NCBI RefSeq assembly: GCF_000020385.1
Contig: NC_010814.1
Coordinates: 3,120,001 to 3,152,000 of the forward strand
From: Trichlorobacter lovleyi SZ
GTDB lineage: Bacteria; Desulfobacterota; Desulfuromonadia; Geobacterales; Pseudopelobacteraceae
Direction of reading: 5' to 3'
Length of the DNA stretch: 32,000 bases
Part shown: positions 18,182-30,250 of the stretch, piece by piece
How positions within the stretch are numbered: the first letter of the stretch is position 1
Layout of the letters: each line of letters begins with the position of its first letter
Program-made: the position numbers and the translations under genes
Notes under the pieces: model-generated
The model's database searches: none
Seen by the model: the letters and a program-made list of their open reading frames with translations, nothing else
Told to the model about the DNA's origin: nothing

Positions 18182-19357
18182 ATGAACATGTTCAGATTTA
18201 TTGCAACACTGTGCCTGTCACTCTGGATTGCCGTTCCGGCCAATGCCGGTCTACTGAACAAACTGATGGACAGCCGGGCTGGCGATGATTATCCGCTGCA
18301 GGCCGTGCCGTTTGATTTTTCCGCGGCCATGGAAAGCCCCGGCAGTATTGTCAAGGACTACCTTGACACCTACCAGACCATGGACATCAAGGGGACCAAA
18401 CGGGTCATTATCCCCAGCTTTCAGGTCCGCTTCTGCATGATGGACGACGCAACCAAGACCTACAGTTCATCTTACACCGCCGGCAACATGAAGTTCACCT
18501 CAAGCAGCACGGCCTTTGCCGGGGTGATGCTCAAGCTTGACGCCACAGCCCGCCAGAAGCTTACCGATCTGTTGTATGAGCGCTTTGTAAAGCAGCTGAA
18601 AGATATCGGTATTGAGGTGGTCAAGGTCGATCCTGCACTGCAAATGGCTGAAGTGCAGACCGGCATCAAGGAGACACCTGAATCCGGAGCCATTGAAGAT
18701 CTGTTCACCATGGTAGGGCGCGAGACAAAACAGGAGAAAAAGGCAAAGACCTCATGGTCCTATCCTTGGAGTATCCACCACCCGACTCAAACTACCACCC
18801 TTACCTTTGGCGGTGTGCTGGACGGAAACGGCCCCGGCTACAGCTGGGCCCGCATGGCTGAACGTCCGGTTATATCCCCGTCGGTCGTCAAGGTGGCCAA
18901 ACAGATGGGGGTCGGTGTGATCACGGTTGGCTACGAAATCCGTCTCGAAAAGATGGAGGCATCCATGGACAAGAGCGGTGGCTTCTTCAGCAAGCCCAAG
19001 CCGCAGGTAAAGGCTGAACCGGTCCTGCGTACCCGGCTGTTGGGGTTCAAACTGATGCCGGAACAGGGTGACCGACTGGTCATGGCTATCGGCATGACCG
19101 GTGGCCAGAATTTTGTCGGTATGAACTTTGACGGACTCGGCATTCAGCCGGTTGCCTCGACATTTCCAGTCGGCGGTCCCAAATACGGCAACTATCCCTG
19201 GATTGAGCTTGAAGGCAGTTACGGTGGTCTGCGCGGTACCGGTTCAGACGGGGCTTGGGAACTTGCTCCCGATCCAGTCAAACTTGAAGGCGACCTGACC
19301 AAGGTTATGGATGCCCAATACGCACTGCTGTTTCATCTCATTAAACAGGCAAAATAA
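18182..19357 (+). CDS. Secreted protein of unknown function (no domain recognised)
   Basis: Good SD. Signal peptide MNMFRFIATLCLSLWIAVPANA. The product is 391 aa with coding-like composition throughout. I recognise no family motifs. Confidence 0.8.
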   Translation: MNMFRFIATLCLSLWIAVPANAGLLNKLMDSRAGDDYPLQAVPFDFSAAMESPGSIVKDYLDTYQTMDIKGTKRVIIPSFQVRFCMMDDATKTYSSSYTAGNMKFTSSSTAFAGVMLKLDATARQKLTDLLYERFVKQLKDIGIEVVKVDPALQMAEVQTGIKETPESGAIEDLFTMVGRETKQEKKAKTSWSYPWSIHHPTQTTTLTFGGVLDGNGPGYSWARMAERPVISPSVVKVAKQMGVGVITVGYEIRLEKMEASMDKSGGFFSKPKPQVKAEPVLRTRLLGFKLMPEQGDRLVMAIGMTGGQNFVGMNFDGLGIQPVASTFPVGGPKYGNYPWIELEGSYGGLRGTGSDGAWELAPDPVKLEGDLTKVMDAQYALLFHLIKQAK

Positions 19358-19372
19358 CGCAAGGAGTACCGG

Positions 19373-19954
19373 ATGAAGGTCATCGCATTTAATGGCTCTG
19401 CCCGCAAAGATGGCAACACCGCCAAACTGATCAACTATGTCTTTGAAGAACTGGCAAAAGAGGGGATTGAGACCGAGCTGATGCAGTTTTCCGGCAGGCC
19501 TATCCACGGCTGTATCGCCTGCTACAAATGTTTTGCCAGCAAGGATCGCCGCTGTGCCGTAACCGACGACTGTGCCAACGAATGCATTAAAAAAATGGAT
19601 GGGGCTGACGGCATTATCATCGGTTCCCCCACCTACTTTGCCGGGATCACGCCGGAGGCCAAGGCCCTGATCGACCGCTCCGGCATGGTTTCGCGGGCCA
19701 ATGGCGACATGTACAAACGCAAGGTGGGTGCCGCCGTGGTCTCGGTACGCCGGGCAGGGGCCATGCATGTCTTTGACACCATCAATCACTTCTTTACCAT
19801 CGGCCAGATGATCATCGTCAGCTCAAGCTACTGGAACATCGGGGTTGGCAGGAATATCGGCGATGTGGATGGGGACGAGGAAGGGATCAAGACCATGCGG
19901 GATCTGGGCAGCAACATGGCCTGGCTCCTGAAGAAACTGGACGGAGCTAGATAG
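19373..19954 (+). CDS. Iron-sulfur flavoprotein / NADPH-dependent FMN reductase family (Isf-like)
   Basis: AAGGAG upstream. N-terminus MKVIAFNGSARKDGNT is typical of the FMN_red fold. Compact Cys motif CIACYKCFASKDRRC (C-x2-C-x2-C-x7-C), as in Isf [4Fe-4S] flavoproteins. Confidence 0.85.
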   Translation: MKVIAFNGSARKDGNTAKLINYVFEELAKEGIETELMQFSGRPIHGCIACYKCFASKDRRCAVTDDCANECIKKMDGADGIIIGSPTYFAGITPEAKALIDRSGMVSRANGDMYKRKVGAAVVSVRRAGAMHVFDTINHFFTIGQMIIVSSSYWNIGVGRNIGDVDGDEEGIKTMRDLGSNMAWLLKKLDGAR

Positions 19955-21332
19955 TTTCCTGCACAACGGCAACCGGCTTGCAGCTATGGTAGAAACAGTA
20001 GCTGTTCTTGCCGTTACGTTTCACTTTATACATGGCATCGTCTGCCGTTGCCAGCAGACCGTCACCATCCTGGGCATCTTCCGGAAAGACACTGATGCCG
20101 ATACTTGAACCGACGGTATCCTGTTGTCCGTCCGGGAGGGTGATCGGGCGGCTCAGCGCATCCAGAATCTTGTCGGCCACCTGACCGGCATCTTCGTAGT
20201 GGGCCAGTGTTGAGAGAATAATCGTGAACTCGTCCCCCCCCATCCTGCCTACGGTATCCGACATCCTGATGCAGGCCGCCAGCCTGGCTGCGACCGTTTT
20301 CAACACCCGGTCGCCGGCCTCATGGCCATAGGAATCATTGATCCGCTTGAACCCGTCCAGATCAACAAACAGGAGTGCAAAGCGCTGTTCAGTGCGCTGG
20401 GCAATAGCAACGGTCTGGGATAGCCGATCAAGAAACATCCGGCGATTGGGCAGGCCGGTCAGCATATCAAACTGCGCCATCTGCTCCAGCCGGTCCCGCA
20501 ACTCCTTTCGCTCGGTGATATTTTCCTTGACGGCAACAAAGCTGATGATCTCCCCCTTGTTGTTCAAAATCGGCGAGATGGAGGCCATTTCCCAGAACAG
20601 CGAACCATCCTTGCGCTTGTTATGAAATTCTCCGCGCCACTCCTCGCCACGCAGCAAGACTGCCCATAATTCCCGGTAAAACTCTTCCGGCTGATCTCCC
20701 GCCTTCAGTATGCGCGGATTTTGCCCAAGTGCCTCCTGCATGCTATAGCCGGTCAGACGGCTGAAGGCCGGATTGACGTATTCGATGGCGCCGTCCCGGT
20801 TGGTAATCACGATCGAGGCGGGACTATGCTCAACCGCAGCCGAAAGTTTGCGCAGCTGTGCCTCCTTTGCCCGGCGGGCCGTGACATCCCGCAGCGTTGA
20901 GGCACGCATGGTATGTCCACCACTTTGGAAGGTCTTGCCACGCACCTCCAGCAGATAACGGCTGCCATCTGCACGCACTCCTTCAATCTCGTAGGGTCCG
21001 TCAAAACCGTCAGCAATGGCCCTATGAACCAGCGTGTGATACTCGGGGGCAATCAGGCAATAGAGTGAGCGTTCCAACAGTTCCTGCCGGCTGAATCCGC
21101 TCATTTCAGAGGCTCTTTCATTGCTGTCACAAATGACGCCACCATTGCGGGACAGGATAATCCCTTCAAACGAAGCCTCCGCCAGGTTACGGAAATGCTC
21201 CTCACTCATGCATAAACGCCGACGCGCATGCAGGTACCAGATCATCACCGCCAGCAGCGCACCGCAAACCAACAGCAGTACAACACCACACTGCTGCATA
21301 TATGCTTGATATAGCGCATTTAAAGCGTTCAT
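19947..21332 (-). CDS. Membrane-anchored PAS-PAS-GGDEF diguanylate cyclase
   Basis: One N-terminal TM helix and two PAS-like segments. GGDEF active site RMGGDEF, with an RxxD I-site (RMSD) five residues upstream. The 3' end overlaps the convergent flavoprotein gene by 8 nt. Confidence 0.9.
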   Translation of the reverse strand: MNALNALYQAYMQQCGVVLLLVCGALLAVMIWYLHARRRLCMSEEHFRNLAEASFEGIILSRNGGVICDSNERASEMSGFSRQELLERSLYCLIAPEYHTLVHRAIADGFDGPYEIEGVRADGSRYLLEVRGKTFQSGGHTMRASTLRDVTARRAKEAQLRKLSAAVEHSPASIVITNRDGAIEYVNPAFSRLTGYSMQEALGQNPRILKAGDQPEEFYRELWAVLLRGEEWRGEFHNKRKDGSLFWEMASISPILNNKGEIISFVAVKENITERKELRDRLEQMAQFDMLTGLPNRRMFLDRLSQTVAIAQRTEQRFALLFVDLDGFKRINDSYGHEAGDRVLKTVAARLAACIRMSDTVGRMGGDEFTIILSTLAHYEDAGQVADKILDALSRPITLPDGQQDTVGSSIGISVFPEDAQDGDGLLATADDAMYKVKRNGKNSYCFYHSCKPVAVVQETI

Positions 21333-21675
21333 CTCGTTTTTGCCGGTTCCTCACGATGAAATGTATATAATCAGGAAAGGTACATCAATTGAATACAGGG
21401 ACCCCGCGACACCTTATTCAGCACAAACAATGCCAAGTCACCGAGCAACCTAACATACCGAAATAGCATGATATTGCACACCGTCAAACCGGACAGCATC
21501 TCATTGCTGGATTATTTTGTATCAAAACGAGACGATTTCAACACGGGATTCAGCCTGAGACTACAGCACGCGCGAGGTGAAATATTTCAGACGATATTTG
21601 AAGGATAAACCTGCAATATTGAAAAAACAAAAGGGGAGGCGGCATACGTATTTTATGTTGCAGACCACGCAGCAC

Positions 21676-23849
<2,174 letters not shown>

Positions 23850-23901
23850 CAGACACAACACAGACCATCACACCACCATAGCAACGAAAGGAGAAGTACC
23901 A

Positions 23902-24192
23902 ATGAAACTGAGACCACTGCACGACCGTATCATTGTCAAGCGCCTTGAGGGCGAAGAGAAGACCGCCGGCGGTCTGTTTATCCCTGACACTGCCAAGGAA
24001 AAGCCCCAGAAAGGCGAAGTAATTGCCGTAGGTAACGGCAAGAAGAACGATGAAGGCAAGTGCGCTCCCCTGGATGTAAAAGTTGGCGATTCCATCCTGT
24101 TCGGCAAATACGCCGGTACTGAAGTCAAGGTTGACGGCGATGAGTTCCTGATGATGCGTGAAGATGACGTCCTGGCCGTCATCGAGAAGTAG
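23902..24192 (+). CDS. groES: Co-chaperonin GroES
   Basis: [44 protein letters not shown]... is the canonical Cpn10 sequence. AGGAG SD is present. Confidence 0.97.
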   Translation: MKLRPLHDRIIVKRLEGEEKTAGGLFIPDTAKEKPQKGEVIAVGNGKKNDEGKCAPLDVKVGDSILFGKYAGTEVKVDGDEFLMMREDDVLAVIEK

Positions 24193-24379
24193 AGCGATCT
24201 TTTTCCGCCCCGGCTTCGTCTCGTTTCACAACTGCTTGTGCGACGTACCCTGGAGTACGCCTCCGCGCAGTTGCTTACGGACCAAACCCGGAACGAAAAA
24301 ATCCTCACTCTTGGCAAGCTGGGCAAACTAGAGAAACTAGACAAAAGAACAATCAAAAACTATCAATCTGGAGGAATAG

Positions 24380-26029
<1,650 letters not shown>

Positions 26030-26070
26030 GCCGCACTTGAGCTTTCCCTCAAGAGTTGTTAATAGTAAAA

Positions 26071-26102
26071 GGTCGGGACCTTTCCCGGCCTTTTGCTGTT
26101 TT
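26071..26102 (+). terminator. Rho-independent terminator after groEL
   Basis: Stem GGTCGGGA / TCCCGGCC (one G-U pair), loop CCTT, then TTTTGCTGTTTT. A second small hairpin, CTTGAG-ctttcc-CTCAAG, lies at 26036-26053. Confidence 0.8.
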
Positions 26103-26114
26103 GAGGACAGATAT

Positions 26115-27065
26115 ATGCGAGATACCGCGATTATACTACTGCAGATGGGCGGCCCCGATTCCCTGGAGGCGGTCCGCCCGTTCCTGCTCAACCTGTTCAG
26201 CGATCGGGAAATCATCAAGATCGGTCCAGCCTGGCTGCAACCGTTGATTGCACGGATGATTGTCAGACGACGCACCCCCGCGGTCATGGAAAAATACCGC
26301 GAGATTGGCGGAAGATCCCCCATTCAGGAGCTGACCAGGGCTCAGGCGGACACGCTTGCTGCGAAGCTTGGCATCCCCTGCCATGTGGGCATGCGCTACT
26401 GGCACCCCTTTACGGCTGAGACGCTGGCCCAGCTGCGTAAAACCGGCACCAAGAAGCTGGTGGCCCTGTCGCTCTACCCGCACTATTCCCGCGCCACCAG
26501 CGGGTCCAGCTTCAATGATCTGACCCGTTGTCTGGCTGATCTGGATAGTGACCTTGAGGTTGTGCGGATCCCCCACTTCTACGACCACCCGCTCTACATC
26601 GATGCCCTGACGGAAAAGATTGAAGCCGGGCTGGCCTCCTTCCCGAACCGCACCGGTGTGCAGCTGCTCTTCTCGGCCCACTCCCTGCCGCAGTCGTTTA
26701 TTGCCGAAGGCGATCCCTACCTCGAGCATATCCAGGCTACCGTCCGGCTGGTGATGGAACGGTTTGAGGGGGTGCAACACCGGCTGGCCTTTCAATCAAG
26801 GGCCGGGCCGGTCAAGTGGCTGGAGCCCTCCACCGATGACACGCTGAAGGAACTGGCGGCAAACGGCTGCAAGAGCCTGCTGATGGTGCCGCTCTCCTTT
26901 GTGTCAGACCATATTGAAACGCTGCATGAGATTGACATTGAATATGCTGCAGAGGCTCATAAAATAGGGATCAGTGACTTCCGGCGCACGGAATCGCTCA
27001 ACAGTTCCCCGGCATTTATCAGCTGTCTGGCAGAGCTGGTCCGTCAGGCACTTAAATCCCACTAA
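26115..27065 (+). CDS. hemH: Ferrochelatase
   Basis: Start moved to ATG 26115 (GAGGA upstream; [16 protein letters not shown]). The track extension overlaps the groEL 3' end and its terminator. Motifs SAHSLP and [16 protein letters not shown] are present. Confidence 0.93.
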   Translation: MRDTAIILLQMGGPDSLEAVRPFLLNLFSDREIIKIGPAWLQPLIARMIVRRRTPAVMEKYREIGGRSPIQELTRAQADTLAAKLGIPCHVGMRYWHPFTAETLAQLRKTGTKKLVALSLYPHYSRATSGSSFNDLTRCLADLDSDLEVVRIPHFYDHPLYIDALTEKIEAGLASFPNRTGVQLLFSAHSLPQSFIAEGDPYLEHIQATVRLVMERFEGVQHRLAFQSRAGPVKWLEPSTDDTLKELAANGCKSLLMVPLSFVSDHIETLHEIDIEYAAEAHKIGISDFRRTESLNSSPAFISCLAELVRQALKSH

Positions 27066-27096
27066 GGCAGGCGCAGAAGCACGCACCGCCAGCGCA

Positions 27097-27124
27097 GCAG
27101 ACGGCCTCCGTCTGCATATTTTTC
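27097..27124 (+). terminator. Rho-independent terminator after hemH
   Basis: Perfect 8-bp stem GCAGACGG / CCGTCTGC, loop CCT, followed by ATATTTTTC. Confidence 0.75.
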
Positions 27125-27128
27125 AATC

Positions 27129-27146
27129 TTCATAATTGTTCATAAT
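27129..27146 (+). promoter_or_regulatory. 10-bp-phased direct repeat, candidate OmpR/PhoB-family regulator binding site
   Basis: TTCATAAT-tg-TTCATAAT, flanked by further TTCA units (TTCAATC at 27122, TTCACAGG at 27150). It lies about 95 nt upstream of the Met-rich protein gene. An OmpR-family regulator is encoded about 1 kb downstream. Confidence 0.4.
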
Positions 27147-27239
27147 CCCTTCACAGGATCTTCCATCTGCCTTGGTATGGTAGCACCATCACACACAGGT
27201 TGGTTGCCAACCACTACCAAGACAGGGAGGAATAACATC

Positions 27240-27677
27240 ATGAAAAAATCACTTCTCGCACTTACCGTTGTAGCAGCAGTTGCAGTTGCCGGCGCATCCA
27301 TGGCCATGCCGGGTATGGGTCCGGGTTCCGGCATGGGGGCTGGCATGGGCGCCCAAATGGGTCAGGCAGGCACGATGTCTCCGGAGATGAAGAAATTCAT
27401 TGCCGACACCATGCCGATCCGCGAAGAGATGCATGCCAAGCATATGCAGCTGCAGAAAGAGCTGATCAAGGACGCGCCTGATCAGGCAGTCATCAAGAAG
27501 TTGCAGGGTGAGATGGTTGCACTGCGCACGAAGATGATGGATGCCCGCACCAAGGCTGGCCTGCCGATGGGTAAGATGGGTAAACGCGGCCACAAAGGGA
27601 TGCGTGGTGGCGGTATGGGTATGGGTATGATGCAAATGGACTGCCCGATGGTGGCACCACCGGCAGCCGCCAAATAA
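27240..27677 (+). CDS. Periplasmic Met/Gly-rich Spy/CpxP/ZraP-family protein (heavy-metal/envelope stress)
   Basis: Start moved to ATG 27240 (GGGAGG upstream); signal peptide MKKSLLALTVVAAVAVAGASMA. Helical core MSPEMKKFIADTMPIREEMHAKHMQLQKELIKD...LQGEMVALRTKMMDAR, flanked by MGPGSGMGAGMGAQMG and GMRGGGMGMGMMQM tracts. Confidence 0.8.
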   Translation: MKKSLLALTVVAAVAVAGASMAMPGMGPGSGMGAGMGAQMGQAGTMSPEMKKFIADTMPIREEMHAKHMQLQKELIKDAPDQAVIKKLQGEMVALRTKMMDARTKAGLPMGKMGKRGHKGMRGGGMGMGMMQMDCPMVAPPAAAK

Positions 27678-27705
27678 GGGCTGACTAACTGGCGGAGATG
27701 GGGTA

Positions 27706-27751
27706 CACAGAGAAAACAGGCTGCCCGGAGTGGGCGCCCGCTTTCTCTGTG
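27706..27751 (+). promoter_or_regulatory. Intercistronic stem-loop (possible attenuator or RNA processing/stability element)
   Basis: Perfect 10-bp inverted repeat CACAGAGAAA (27706-27715) / TTTCTCTGTG (27742-27751) around a GC-rich 26-nt loop. No U-tract follows. Confidence 0.35.
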
Positions 27752-27790
27752 CCTTCTCTGCCTCCGGTCCCGATAAAGTCGAGGGTTTTG

Positions 27791-28168
27791 ATGAAATATT
27801 TTCTCTCCACATACCTGTTGCTGGCGCTTCTGGTGCTGACCGTTCTGCCGTCAGCAGCAGAAGAGGTTGAACCCGGCCGGGGCCGGGGATGGCACGGCAG
27901 GCATAAAGCCGATGAAATGGGACCTCGCCCCTTTGGTGATTACTGCCTCCGTCGGCATGCCGATCACTACGGCGCCCGCCAGCCGCTGCAAACAGCGGAT
28001 GAGGCAAAGGAACGGCTGAGAATCTTTTTTAACGTTCCAGCAGCGCAAATATCCCTGCACAGGGAGATCCGCATGGGGTATATTGCCGATATCACCAATG
28101 CCGATGGATCACTGCTTGACCGGGTCATAATCGACAAACGCACCGGGCGGATCCGCTCCACCCGCTAA
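27791..28168 (+). CDS. Small secreted protein, tentatively with a PepSY-like C-terminal region
   Basis: Start moved to ATG 27791 (GAGGG upstream); signal peptide MKYFLSTYLLLALLVLTVLPSAA. The C-terminus GYIADITNADGSLLDRVIIDKRTGRIRS resembles PepSY, from memory only. Confidence 0.65.
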   Translation: MKYFLSTYLLLALLVLTVLPSAAEEVEPGRGRGWHGRHKADEMGPRPFGDYCLRRHADHYGARQPLQTADEAKERLRIFFNVPAAQISLHREIRMGYIADITNADGSLLDRVIIDKRTGRIRSTR

Positions 28169-28182
28169 CTGGACAACATGCC

Positions 28183-28884
28183 ATGCAGCCTCCCATCCTG
28201 ATCGTTGAAGACGACCTGAAGATTGCCCGTATCATCAAGGCCTACCTTGAAGGGGCAGACTTTCGGGTCATCCACGCCGACACCGCACGTGCTGCATTGG
28301 AAAAAGCCGAAGCGGAGCTTCCGCTGGCGGTGATCCTGGACCTGGGGCTGCCGGACAAAAGCGGTGAAGAGCTCTGCCAGGAACTCAAAGACCTGGGATC
28401 ATTTCCGGTGATCATGCTGACCGCCAAATCCTCAGAAGAAGAACGGATCACCGGTTTTGCCCTGGGGGCTGACGACTATGTGGTCAAACCGGCCTCTCCC
28501 CGCGAACTGGTCTACCGTGTCAAGGCGGTTTTGAAACGCTACGACGGGGCCGGTGCCGGCGAGCATCCGATAAGCTTCAACAACGGCACGCTGATCCTGG
28601 ACAGCCGCCGCCATACCGTGACCTGCCGCGGCGAGTCCTGCAGTGTCACCCCCACCGAATTCAAGTTGTTGCAAGCGCTGGCAGCCTCTCCCGGCCGGAC
28701 CTACAGCCGGGATGAACTGGTTTCAAAGGCACTGGGATACCAGTTTGACGGCTATGAGCGCAGCGTTGATGCCCATATCAAAAACCTGCGCCAGAAGATC
28801 GAGCTGGACAGCCGTAAACCTGAGTTCATCAAGACGGTCTATGGGATCGGCTACCTCTTCAGCGGAGAGCGGGATGCCGTTTAA
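28183..28884 (+). CDS. OmpR/PhoB-family response regulator
   Basis: REC domain (ILIVEDD, phospho-acceptor in VILDLGLPD, MLTAKS, DYVVKP) and a winged-helix output (LTPTEFKLLQALA...VDAHIKNLRQKIE...IKTVYGIGY). Confidence 0.95.
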   Translation: MQPPILIVEDDLKIARIIKAYLEGADFRVIHADTARAALEKAEAELPLAVILDLGLPDKSGEELCQELKDLGSFPVIMLTAKSSEEERITGFALGADDYVVKPASPRELVYRVKAVLKRYDGAGAGEHPISFNNGTLILDSRRHTVTCRGESCSVTPTEFKLLQALAASPGRTYSRDELVSKALGYQFDGYERSVDAHIKNLRQKIELDSRKPEFIKTVYGIGYLFSGERDAV

Positions 28885-30250
28885 CCTGCAACGCAAACTG
28901 CTGGTACTGCTTGGCCTGGTGATCCTGATCGCCCTCTCCTCCTCTGTTCTGCTCAGAAATTTTGTAATCCGTGACTTCAAGGCCTTTGGAGAAGGACGGA
29001 TGCTTGATCGCCTCTACCAGGTACAGGCAGTGCTTGAGGGACGTTACGAACAGTCGGGCGGCTGGCAGCGGGACCAGGTGGCCAATGATCTGGTCTGGGC
29101 CTGGCTTTCCGGTATCGAGCTACGACTGTATGATGTTGACAACCGGCTGGTGATGGATACCGGGCAAGCCCTGGCAAGCCTGTCTCCGGTGATGCAGCAG
29201 CGCATTGCCGCCTCAAGCAGCAGGAGGCCGCTTCCGCCGGAGAGCTCCGAATTCCAGAGCTACCCCCTTTTTCTGCGGGGCGAAGAGATCGGCCATCTGG
29301 ACCTGCAGCTACCCCACCCGATCTATGAAGCGTTCTTTATCCGCTCCTCAAATCAGTTTTTGATCTACTCACTGCTGGGGCTCGGACTGACAGCCGTCAT
29401 ACTCAGCTTTCTGGCAGCCCGGCGCATCTCGCGCCCCCTGCAGGAGCTTACGGCTGCCGCAGAGGGGCTGGCAAACGGCGCCCCGGGTCCCAGGGTTCGG
29501 GCTGAAGGCAACGATGAAATCGGCCGCCTGGCGACCGCCTTCAACCGGATGGCTGACAGCCTGGAGGCACAGGAACAACTGCGCAAACAGCTGGTTTCAA
29601 ACGCTGCCCATGAGCTGCGGACACCGCTGATGATCATCCGCGGAGAATTGGAAGGGATGATCGACGGACTGCTGCCCACCACCCCGGAGGCATTACAGTC
29701 ACTGCATGATGAGGCTGCCCGGCTGGCAACCATTCTGGACGGTGTGGACGAACTGAGCAGGGCACAGGCCGCCGGACTGCAGCTGCAGCGCCAGGAGTTT
29801 ATCCTGCTGCCGCTGCTGCATGGGATCATTTCCCGATTCAGCCGCAGCGCTGAAGAACAGCAGGTCACCATCACCCTGAGCGGCGACCAGGCGGTTACTG
29901 CCTGGATCGACCCGGACCGTTTCACCCAGATCATCACCAACCTGATCTCAAACGCCTTGAAGGCCATGCCCCATGGCGGGCGACTGGAAATTCATCTTTC
30001 AGCAACGCCGCACGCACGTTATATTGAGGTCAGCGATAGCGGGTCAGGTATCCCGGCTGAGCTGCTGCCCCATGTCTTTGAACGATTCGCCAAGGGAAAG
30101 GATGGCGGCCTGGGCTTGGGACTGGCCATTGTCAAAGAGCTGGTTGCCGCCCACAACGGCACTATTGCCGCCAGCAGCTCACCCGGCAACGGCACCTGTT
30201 TCCGCATTACACTACCTGCTACTACCGGAGGACTGCATGAGCATGACTAA
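28874..30250 (+). CDS. Sensor histidine kinase (2 TM, periplasmic domain, HAMP, HisKA, HATPase_c)
   Basis: Start moved to ATG 28874 (GGAGAG upstream), overlapping the regulator gene by 11 nt. TM1 is LLVLLGLVILIALSSSVLL. HAMP follows TM2, then H-box SNAAHELRTPL, N box NLISNALKAM, and G boxes DSGSGIP and GLGLGLAIVKE. Confidence 0.92.
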   Translation: MPFNLQRKLLVLLGLVILIALSSSVLLRNFVIRDFKAFGEGRMLDRLYQVQAVLEGRYEQSGGWQRDQVANDLVWAWLSGIELRLYDVDNRLVMDTGQALASLSPVMQQRIAASSSRRPLPPESSEFQSYPLFLRGEEIGHLDLQLPHPIYEAFFIRSSNQFLIYSLLGLGLTAVILSFLAARRISRPLQELTAAAEGLANGAPGPRVRAEGNDEIGRLATAFNRMADSLEAQEQLRKQLVSNAAHELRTPLMIIRGELEGMIDGLLPTTPEALQSLHDEAARLATILDGVDELSRAQAAGLQLQRQEFILLPLLHGIISRFSRSAEEQQVTITLSGDQAVTAWIDPDRFTQIITNLISNALKAMPHGGRLEIHLSATPHARYIEVSDSGSGIPAELLPHVFERFAKGKDGGLGLGLAIVKELVAAHNGTIAASSSPGNGTCFRITLPATTGGLHEHD

